A stretch of 20,655 bases of DNA from Candidatus Heimdallarchaeota archaeon (GTDB lineage: Archaea > Asgardarchaeota > Heimdallarchaeia > Heimdallarchaeales > Heimdallarchaeaceae), in contig DAOVET010000042.1 of assembly GCA_030668825.1 (NCBI GenBank), positions 1 through 20,655 on the forward strand, in the 5' to 3' direction. Under the pieces are notes generated by a model. It worked only from the letters and a program-made list of their open reading frames with translations, made no database searches and was not told the DNA's origin. This document shows, piece after piece, positions 1 through 7,033 of the stretch. How positions within the stretch are numbered: position 1 is the stretch's first letter; each line of letters begins with the position of its first letter. The translations under genes and the position numbers were made by a program.

Positions 1-129
1 ATTCTCCTATTGGTTCATCCTGTACTGGACCTGCTCCTCCAGGAAGTAATTCTCCTATTGGTTCATCCTGCACTGGACCTGCTCCTCCAGGAAGTAATTC
101 TCCTATTGGTTCATCCTGCACTGGACCTG
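1..129. repeat. 48-bp in-frame tandem repeat, at least 2.7 copies (1-48, 49-96, 97-129)
   Basis: Unit attctcctattggttcatcctg(t/c)actggacctgctcctccaggaagta. The only difference is a synonymous GTA/GTG change. No spacers. Confidence 0.97.
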
Positions 130-211
130 AATTGACAACAATGAACGAGCTTGCTAATAATACAAACAAAGATACTACAAATAATACTCCAATTGATTTT
201 TTTAATTTCAT
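1..211 (-). CDS. Secreted tandem-repeat protein or peptide precursor, 3'-truncated by the window edge: MKLKKSIGVLFVVSLFVLLASSFIVVNS-(GPVQDEPIGELLPGGA)n
   Basis: Manual translation from ATG at 211..209 stays open to the window edge. Basic N-region plus hydrophobic core, then 2.6 visible identical 16-aa units. SD-like GGTGGA (225..220) and TATA-like TTTAAATAT (269..261) lie upstream. Not in the supplied ORF track. Confidence 0.85.
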   Translation of the reverse strand, partial: MKLKKSIGVLFVVSLFVLLASSFIVVNSGPVQDEPIGELLPGGAGPVQDEPIGELLPGGAGPVQDEPIGE

Positions 212-260
212 TTAACTCTTCCACCAGCTAAATTGAACTCAAGTTTACGTTTTCATATGA

Positions 261-320
261 ATATTTAAACATTGTTACGAATTTCCATAATTACCGATTC
301 CGTGGAAATTTGTAACATTG
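261..320 (-). promoter_or_regulatory. TATA box of the repeat-peptide gene with an adjacent inverted repeat (candidate operator)
   Basis: TTTAAATAT on the minus strand at 269..261. tgttacgaatttcca (273-287) and tggaaatttgtaaca (303-317) form a 15-bp inverted repeat with 1 mismatch and a 15-nt spacer. Confidence 0.6.
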
Positions 321-550
321 ACGTTCTCATGTTGCATTACAATTATGTTTCAACTCCCGACAAAAAATAGGTTGCTCCACTTCACTTTACTTAGCTGTTT
401 GCTTAAGTGTAAGGCAAACATTACTTTTGGATTACTTTCGGCTTAAATATGAACATATATACGGAGAAAATACCTGGATATGTGTGCAAAAATATGCACA
501 TACGTTTTGTCTGAATCATATGGACTTAGTTATGAATCAATTTTATTCTG

Positions 551-563
551 AAAGGTATAAATA
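551..563 (+). promoter_or_regulatory. Archaeal BRE/TATA promoter for the RING gene (probably leaderless mRNA)
   Basis: AAAGGTATAAATA ends about 28 nt before ATG 591. Confidence 0.6.
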
Positions 564-590
564 TTCGATTAGCTATTTCCTTTCTTGATT

Positions 591-1109
591 ATGCCGGTCA
601 TTAGATGCAATCACTGTGGAAAAAGAGAAATTGACACTAAAATTTCTAATTCCAGAAACGCCTTCTATATGAAACGAAAGGATACCTATTATTGTTCTAA
701 AGAGTGTTATAGAATTGATAACGTGGGATTGAACTTTGCTTATCTTCCTCTTTGGTTATTATTACCGATCTATCCTTTCTGGATAACATGTATTATTCAT
801 ATTGTCAAGGGAATTAAACTACGCAAAGCCATTAATTATAAGCAAAGTAAGAAAATCAAACTTTGTTTTTATTGTCAATCTGAAATTGCTGAAATTCCTG
901 AAGGTAAAAGCGTTTGTATGAGTTGTGGCGAAATAATTCATTTCTGTGATCTATGTCAAAAGCATATATTTGCTGATGATAAAATTCTTCAGCTTGAACC
1001 TTGTGGGCATATTTTCCATAAAGGTGAATTACTTGATTGGATTGACAACAACAAAGTTTGTCCTAAATGTGCTGTTGAAGTAGATTTTGTGGATATTGAA
1101 CCTGAATAA
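591..1109 (+). CDS. Membrane-associated zinc-finger/RING-H2-variant protein (putative E3 ubiquitin ligase-like)
   Basis: N-terminal CNHC...CSKEC Zn site, hydrophobic segment LNFAYLPLWLLLPIYPFWITCIIHIV, CFYC...CMSC ribbon, then CDLC-x15-CGHIFHKGELLDW-x6-CPKC. ATG 591 preferred over TTG 585. Confidence 0.8.
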   Translation: MPVIRCNHCGKREIDTKISNSRNAFYMKRKDTYYCSKECYRIDNVGLNFAYLPLWLLLPIYPFWITCIIHIVKGIKLRKAINYKQSKKIKLCFYCQSEIAEIPEGKSVCMSCGEIIHFCDLCQKHIFADDKILQLEPCGHIFHKGELLDWIDNNKVCPKCAVEVDFVDIEPE

Positions 1110-1138
1110 GATCTGGAAATTTTCACTTTAAATGTTCT

Positions 1139-1732
1139 TTACTTTGTTTTGATTAAACTCCGTTTTTTCTTTGTTTCTACAAAATCTTTTTTCTTGGTAT
1201 AATTTCTTGTCAAGACGATAGTCGCTGTAAGGATAGCTAAACCACCTATTGAACCTATGATCACCCATTCATTTACACCTGGGAGAAAAACTTCGATTAG
1301 AATCTTCACACTTTGCCCAGTGGTTGGAGCTCCAGCTGGTATGTAATTAGCATTTTCTGAAACAATATAATAGGTAACATCACCTTGACTTCCTAAGATG
1401 TTAATTTCAGCTTCATGCGATACACTGCTGAGTGCTGAAATATCCCTTTCATAGTCAATAGTAACATACTCATTTGATTTAAAACCAGCATAAAAGGAAT
1501 AATATTTCTCATAATCTGAAAAAACCAGCAAATCTGCCAATCGATTACATTCCCATTCTAGAATATACTTGTTTCCTCTCTCTAAATGTACAACCCAATG
1601 TACCATTGAATAAGCCTGCAATTCTATTTCTGCATAGAGTTTAACATCCTTTGCTTTTGCTTCCGATGTATTAGCTACTAATGGTGTCATAGCTAATAAC
1701 AAAATGATTACCAACCTATTCTTTTTCTTCAT
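1139..1732 (-). CDS. Exported single-pass membrane protein (signal peptide, beta-rich domain, C-terminal TM helix, basic tail)
   Basis: MKKKNR plus hydrophobic stretch and AEAKA site. C-terminal WVIIGSIGGLAILTATIVL followed by a Lys-rich tail. AAAGGTTATATA promoter upstream on the minus strand. Confidence 0.8.
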   Translation of the reverse strand: MKKKNRLVIILLLAMTPLVANTSEAKAKDVKLYAEIELQAYSMVHWVVHLERGNKYILEWECNRLADLLVFSDYEKYYSFYAGFKSNEYVTIDYERDISALSSVSHEAEINILGSQGDVTYYIVSENANYIPAGAPTTGQSVKILIEVFLPGVNEWVIIGSIGGLAILTATIVLTRNYTKKKDFVETKKKRSLIKTK

Positions 1733-1756
1733 CTTAACAATGACTTGCTTTAACTG

Positions 1757-1770
1757 AATATATAACCTTT
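1757..1770 (-). promoter_or_regulatory. BRE/TATA promoter for 1139..1732 (possibly bidirectional)
   Basis: The minus strand reads AAAGGTTATATATT about 25 nt upstream of the ATG, with the same AAAGG-TATA layout as 551-563. Confidence 0.55.
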
Positions 1771-1802
1771 ATTTTTGAAATTAACCTTTCTCTCTTTTAA
1801 TT

Positions 1803-1922
1803 ATGGTACATACAGCCAGAACAACCTTCAACTTCGATCGTGGTCCAATGCCAGGAATGGCACACTATGTAACTCCTGGAGTAGACTTAGCCTTCATGAA
1901 CAACTATTTTGTGCCTTATTAA
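1803..1922 (+). CDS. Candidate 39-aa small protein MVHTARTTFNFDRGPMPGMAHYVTPGVDLAFMNNYFVPY
   Basis: ATG 1803 to TAA 1920-1922. Locally more GC-rich than its flanks, and followed by a hairpin and a T-run. Confidence 0.45.
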   Translation: MVHTARTTFNFDRGPMPGMAHYVTPGVDLAFMNNYFVPY

Positions 1923-1944
1923 GCATAAACCACCCTTGGTATAC

Positions 1945-1994
1945 GCTCCACTCTGCTCTAATCAAGCAGATATTGGAGCAAAACCCATTTTTTT
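1945..1994 (+). terminator. Stem-loop plus oligo-T (terminator-like or structured RNA)
   Basis: GCTCCA(1945-50) pairs with TGGAGC(1974-79) and TCTGCT(1952-57) with AGCAGA(1965-70). T7 run at 1988-1994. Confidence 0.55.
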
Positions 1995-2052
1995 AAACTA
2001 ATTTTTCTTGGTCTTTTTATATTTTCTTTCTTTTCTCTTTAATGAAAGTATT

Positions 2053-2316
2053 ATGCTTTTAGAATCACCTAGAACTGATGAAGAATTCTCTGACTATACT
2101 ATTGATTATATTCTTGCTGAATCCTTCAAATCTTATTATGCTACTATTGATGGTCTGACTATTGAACCTGTCTGGATTCCCAAATCTTGTGTAAATAAAG
2201 ATTATCGTATCAAAATCTGGTGGATGAAACAGTTTAAATCTGGCAAGAGCACTAGGAAAAAAGTTGAGACTAAGGTTGTTCAAAAGAAATTGAAACATTT
2301 TTTTGAAACTCAGTAG
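2053..2316 (+). CDS. Hypothetical small protein with a VWIPKS motif
   Basis: ATG 2053 preferred because the TTG extension from 2008 is low-complexity T-rich sequence. Acidic N-terminus, basic C-terminus. Confidence 0.6.
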   Translation: MLLESPRTDEEFSDYTIDYILAESFKSYYATIDGLTIEPVWIPKSCVNKDYRIKIWWMKQFKSGKSTRKKVETKVVQKKLKHFFETQ

Positions 2317-2413
2317 TTTAAATGTTGAGAAACTAAACTAGGCTGTGTATTCATACTATTGATAATTTGTTTTCATATTTTTATAATCAAATCACTTCAC
2401 TTGTTTGATTGAC

Positions 2414-2779
2414 ATGGCTCTTATTTGGGGAGATACTAAGGAAACACAGGAAGTTGCTAAAAACTCTTTTGAGGAGAATATAGAGCGGATTCTAAAACAA
2501 AAAGAGAAAATTAACCTTGATGACTTGATGAAACTAATTAGTCATGATACTAATCTGCTAACAGACTATCAGCGATTACTAAAAGGAATAGACCAATTGC
2601 TAGAAGAAGGAAAGATAATTATTGATCAAGATAAAAATATCCGAATGACAACTCTATCAGTTTTAGGTTCTAATGGAATAGAGGAGACGCCTGTTTGGGA
2701 TCTCATCCATAAGGAAGAAGATATAGAGTTGAAAAAAGAAATAATCAGACGTTATAATCAGATTAATCCTTTACTCTAA
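2414..2779 (+). CDS. Hypothetical protein, possible winged-helix domain
   Basis: Helical pattern IERILKQKEKINLDDLMKLI...LLKGIDQLLEEGKIIID resembles wHTH folds. ATG at 2414. Confidence 0.6.
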   Translation: MALIWGDTKETQEVAKNSFEENIERILKQKEKINLDDLMKLISHDTNLLTDYQRLLKGIDQLLEEGKIIIDQDKNIRMTTLSVLGSNGIEETPVWDLIHKEEDIELKKEIIRRYNQINPLL

Positions 2780-3615
2780 AGATTATTTTTCTTTTTCCAT
2801 TCTTTAGGTGAAACAACTGGAGGATGGACATATCTTTCATGCTTATCTATTGCGTCAATCTTTTGAATATCTTCATCTGAAAGCTGTAAATCCAACGCTG
2901 CAAAATTATCCTTCAAATGGTCAAGACTCGTTGCTTTAGGTACTGGATAAGCTCCTTTGTCAATCACCCAAGCTAGACAAACTTGTGCTGCGCTAAATTT
3001 GTTCTTCCTAGCTATTTCATTGATTACTGAATCTTTTAGAGCTTTACCTCTTCCTAAAGGTGAATAAGAAACCTGAAAGATATTGTTCTCTTTGTGAAAT
3101 TTTAGAACTTCTGGTTGTTGAAGATAAGGATGATGCTCTATTTGATTTGCAAATATAGGCTTATCAATGACTTCTAAAGCATCTTTTATCAGTTGAGGAG
3201 TGAAATTCGAAACTCCTATATGTCTTATTTTCCCTTCATCAACTAGTTCTCCTAGAGCTCCTAATGTCTTCTTATGAGAATATCCCAGCACAAAAGCTGG
3301 GAAATGAATATACATTATGTCGACATAATCCAATTGAAGTCTTTTTAAGGACTTATATGTTGATTTTACAGCTGCTTTTGGTCTTATGCTCAGAGGAGAA
3401 ACTTTAGTTGAAACAATTACTTCTTCTCTCTTAGCAATTCCCTTTTCAAAAACCTCTTGCAGTCCATCTCCTACTCCCTTCTCATTTCGATAAGCTTGAG
3501 CTGTGTCCACAAATCTATATCCAAGTTTGATAGCTTGAATAGTGGAATATCTAGCTTCATATGGTTTGAGCATCCAGGTTCCTAATCCAATTTTAGGGAG
3601 TTTCATTTCTGACAT
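2776..3615 (-). CDS. Aldo/keto reductase (DkgA/DkgB-like)
   Basis: IGLGTW, GYRFVDTAQAY (catalytic Asp/Tyr), STKV, YIHFP, IGVSNF, NQIEHHPY, YSPLGRG and PVPKA motifs. Confidence 0.95.
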   Translation of the reverse strand: MSEMKLPKIGLGTWMLKPYEARYSTIQAIKLGYRFVDTAQAYRNEKGVGDGLQEVFEKGIAKREEVIVSTKVSPLSIRPKAAVKSTYKSLKRLQLDYVDIMYIHFPAFVLGYSHKKTLGALGELVDEGKIRHIGVSNFTPQLIKDALEVIDKPIFANQIEHHPYLQQPEVLKFHKENNIFQVSYSPLGRGKALKDSVINEIARKNKFSAAQVCLAWVIDKGAYPVPKATSLDHLKDNFAALDLQLSDEDIQKIDAIDKHERYVHPPVVSPKEWKKKNNL

Positions 3616-3714
3616 GATTCTTTTAATAAAAATTGTTCTAAATAAAACTTTAGGAAAATCCAGAAAAAGCGTTTTTTACTAAATATTTAAAATCTGAAGA
3701 ACTCTTCAATTTCT

Positions 3715-5280
3715 ATGGAATACCGCATGGTTTTTGATGCAGGTTCAAAAATACTCAAGTGCGCTATTGCGGATGAAAATAATTCTATTATCTCTTTAGA
3801 AAGTATCATTCCAGAGGTTGTGCAATCTGAAGATGGATTCGGAAGATCATGGAAGATAACTGATTATTGGAAGAACCTACTTCAATTAGCTGAGAAAACG
3901 ATTAAGAAAGCATCAATTGACCCTCAGAAGATTAGATATGTCACATCAAGTACTATTCGACCTAGTTGTGTTTTTTCAGATGAAGATTTCAATCCATTAT
4001 ACATCGGTTCGAGTTTTGATATTCTGGGTATTCATTATGGAGATGAAATTGAAGAGCAATTTACTGAATTAACAGGAGAGAGTCTATATCACTTTACAGG
4101 TCATTTTCCTAGCTTCTTAATGCCTCCTGCTAGATTTGAATGGTTGAGAAACAACCCAGATTTCATTAATAACGAAACAATTTCTCATTATATCCCCCTA
4201 GATAGTTGGATATTGATGAAACTTGGAGGAGAATTTCATACAAATTATACAAGTGCTATGGAATCAGGTTTCTTTGATGTTCGAAACAAGTTGTGGCATG
4301 ATGAATGGTATTCTATCTTTGAAATTGATGATAGTTTTTTCCCGTTTCCTGTACTCTCAGGAGAGGTTATAGGCAATGTTTCAAATAAAATTAAAGAGAA
4401 ACTCAAACTTAGTATTGATACAGAAATAGTGGCAGGAATCACTGATACCCAAGCAGCTTTATTGGCATCAAATTCTATCAATCCTGGGGATATAGGAGTA
4501 GTTTTGGGGAGTACAACACCCGTTCAAGCTGTTGCTGATAAGTTCTATATAAGCGACAAAGAACGTGTATGGACCACGGGAATTTCTGTGAAAAATTTAT
4601 GTGATAACTATGTTGTCGAATCAAATATGGGAATCACAGGTCAGGTCATTAAGTGGGTAGCACATCTTTTCTTTTCCAAGAATAAAAAAGAAATTTCAGA
4701 ACCAACAACAAAACAATATGAAGATATAGGAAAGAAATACCAAGAATTTGATGTTTTTGAACAAGAAGAATCTATTGAAAATGTATCTTCTCAAGGTGTG
4801 TATGCTAATCTTGGTCCTTCAACTTTAGAATCAGTAAGTAGTGAAAGATCAGGTGGTGAATTTTATTTTCCAAGCCCTGGAGGAGTGAATGAATTCTATA
4901 TTACTCAGAAACAGCTTATTGGAGCAGTCTTTGACAATATTATGTTTGCTGTAGCAAGAAATATTGAAATTGCAAAAGAAATTGCTCAACTAGATAAAGT
5001 TTCATTAGCAGTGCTTGGAGGGCTTTCAAGATATAGTTTATTATGTCAAAGAACTGCTGATCTACACAATACTCCTGTAAAATATCTAAGCAATCCTGAA
5101 GCATCTATACAAGGAATGTTATTGATCTGTGATGTAGCAAGTGGAACGATAAAGAATCCTTCTGATTTAGAAAAAAGACTAGTTGAGAAAGGAGAATTAA
5201 GCCAATTAAATCCTCGTTCTTCTATGAACCAAAAATTACAAGATAAATACAAAAAATGGGTGAGTATCACCAGAATCTAG
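3715..5280 (+). CDS. FGGY-family carbohydrate kinase (xylulokinase/LsrK-like)
   Basis: N-terminal FDAGS, catalytic DTQAA, LGSTTPVQ, C-terminal GGLSR...CQRTADL and EASIQG. Length 521 aa is typical of the family. Confidence 0.9.
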   Translation: MEYRMVFDAGSKILKCAIADENNSIISLESIIPEVVQSEDGFGRSWKITDYWKNLLQLAEKTIKKASIDPQKIRYVTSSTIRPSCVFSDEDFNPLYIGSSFDILGIHYGDEIEEQFTELTGESLYHFTGHFPSFLMPPARFEWLRNNPDFINNETISHYIPLDSWILMKLGGEFHTNYTSAMESGFFDVRNKLWHDEWYSIFEIDDSFFPFPVLSGEVIGNVSNKIKEKLKLSIDTEIVAGITDTQAALLASNSINPGDIGVVLGSTTPVQAVADKFYISDKERVWTTGISVKNLCDNYVVESNMGITGQVIKWVAHLFFSKNKKEISEPTTKQYEDIGKKYQEFDVFEQEESIENVSSQGVYANLGPSTLESVSSERSGGEFYFPSPGGVNEFYITQKQLIGAVFDNIMFAVARNIEIAKEIAQLDKVSLAVLGGLSRYSLLCQRTADLHNTPVKYLSNPEASIQGMLLICDVASGTIKNPSDLEKRLVEKGELSQLNPRSSMNQKLQDKYKKWVSITRI

Positions 5281-5284
5281 ATAC

Positions 5285-7024
5285 TTAACTATTCATATCT
5301 TTCATTATATCATAAATCTCTTTTTCTGCTTCTTCTGCTTCTTCAGGTATAGCATAAATAGTTCCTAAAAGAGAAGCTCTGTATTGAATCTTTGCTGCCA
5401 TTTCTACTTGTTGACACACAGTCCAAGCTTGGTCTAGATCTGAACCACAAGCCACATTACCATGGTTTGCGATAAATACAGCAAGATTTTCTCCTAAAGC
5501 TGCAACAGCATTATCAGCTAGTTCATCAGTACCAGCCATACCAAATTCAGCAACTTCACACCCTCCAATGAAAGGAATAACTTCATCAACAATTGGTCCT
5601 ATTGGCATTCTGGCAATTGACAAAGCTGTTGAATAAGGAGCATGAGAATGGACTATAGCTTTGATATCTTCCCTAGTTCGATAGATTGCTAAGTGCACTC
5701 TTTTTTCAGAAGTAGGATTTCTTCTACCTATGATTGTATCTCCGTTACTATCAATTAATACAATATCTTCAATGTCCATCTCATCATATTTAACAGAACT
5801 AGGAGTTACAAGAAACGCATCTTGACCATCTGGTAATTTAACTCTAACAGAAACATTTCCTGCAGTTCCAACAATATATTCTTTTCTAATCATCTCTTTG
5901 CAAACATAGATTATCTGTTGTATTTTTCCTTCATAATGGTAAAGAGAAGGTTGAATGTCTTCGAGTTCTTGAGTCTTGTCAAATTGTTTATCAACTGTTG
6001 AATATCCTTCCAGAACTTCCGGATTCTTGATATTTTCAGGAATCTTTTTGTTGAGAATTTGTTTGATTCCTTCCACCATCATCATCGCATGTCGATGATT
6101 AGTTTCAAAAGTGTCTCCTCCTATGTGAGGGGAGACAATCACATTATCTAACTCAAGGAATTCATTATCTTGATCAACAGGTTCGATTGAGAAAACATCT
6201 AAGGCAGCACCAGCTATTTTTTTCTCCTTTAAAGCATCTAGCAGAGCATGTTCGTCCACTACTGAAGCTCTAGCAGTATTGATAAACAAAGCATGTTTTT
6301 GCATCAGAGTAATCTGTTCTTCACCTATCATATCATCTGTTTCATCAACAGGTGAACAATGAACGGTTATTATGTCTGATTTTGCCATAAGAGTGTTTAA
6401 ATCAACTTCTTCTCCTTGAATAGCATTTAATCGTGTTGGGTTCACATAAGGGTCATAAACAAGGAATTTAACTCTGAAAGGAAGCAGAAGTTTAGCTACA
6501 GTAAAACCTATTCTACCTAAACCAACTATACCTACAGTTTTCCCTTGAAGTTCAAATCCTTTGAATTCATTATAATATTTGATATAATCGGAGAAATCAT
6601 TTACTTCAAACTTATTTTCAGTATGTAAAATTCTTTCGATGGAATATAGTTTTCTTGCTAAGGAAAGTATTAACCCTACAGTTAATTCTGCTACAGACAC
6701 AGTATTTCTATTAGGGGCGAAAAGCACTGGAATTCCCTTCGCTGTTGCTGTTTCTAAATCTATATTGTTTGGATCTCCACGAGTTGATCCTATTATCTTT
6801 AAATCAACATTTTCTAAAACAGTTTTTTTGACGTTATCTCCCTCACAAATGAATATTTCTGCACCAATTTCCTTTATCTTTTGTATGAGATCTTCATCTT
6901 TGAAATAAAGGTTACTTGTCTCTCTCCAACTCTCGTAAACTATTTCATCCTCTAAGATTTTCTTAAGTTCTTCAAGAGCTTCTGGTGAGAATTCAGCTGT
7001 TATGTATGCTTTCATTTTTTTCAC
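5285..7024 (-). CDS. Fusion: D-isomer-specific 2-hydroxyacid dehydrogenase (SerA2-like) plus class II aldolase (FucA-like)
   Basis: N-domain: GLGRIG, YDPY, INTARA, FSIEP, SPHIGG (Arg/Glu/His triad). C-domain: GNVSVR, TPSS, PTSE, VHSH, ANHG (Zn-binding His and catalytic Glu). Confidence 0.93.
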   Translation of the reverse strand: MKKMKAYITAEFSPEALEELKKILEDEIVYESWRETSNLYFKDEDLIQKIKEIGAEIFICEGDNVKKTVLENVDLKIIGSTRGDPNNIDLETATAKGIPVLFAPNRNTVSVAELTVGLILSLARKLYSIERILHTENKFEVNDFSDYIKYYNEFKGFELQGKTVGIVGLGRIGFTVAKLLLPFRVKFLVYDPYVNPTRLNAIQGEEVDLNTLMAKSDIITVHCSPVDETDDMIGEEQITLMQKHALFINTARASVVDEHALLDALKEKKIAGAALDVFSIEPVDQDNEFLELDNVIVSPHIGGDTFETNHRHAMMMVEGIKQILNKKIPENIKNPEVLEGYSTVDKQFDKTQELEDIQPSLYHYEGKIQQIIYVCKEMIRKEYIVGTAGNVSVRVKLPDGQDAFLVTPSSVKYDEMDIEDIVLIDSNGDTIIGRRNPTSEKRVHLAIYRTREDIKAIVHSHAPYSTALSIARMPIGPIVDEVIPFIGGCEVAEFGMAGTDELADNAVAALGENLAVFIANHGNVACGSDLDQAWTVCQQVEMAAKIQYRASLLGTIYAIPEEAEEAEKEIYDIMKDMNS

Positions 7025-7033
7025 ACTTTGATT

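Noticed and set aside
1-129. 48-bp repeats as a CRISPR array
   Set aside because: The units are contiguous with no unique spacers, the length is a multiple of 3, and they lie in-frame within a signal-peptide ORF.
1945-1979. Hairpin as a SECIS element
   Set aside because: It lacks the AUGA/GA quartet, and no in-frame TGA-containing gene was noticed nearby.
1775-1996. 73-aa ORF from the ORF track
   Set aside because: TTG start in AT-rich promoter sequence, and it runs through the hairpin and T-run. The ATG-initiated 1803..1922 frame is the better candidate.
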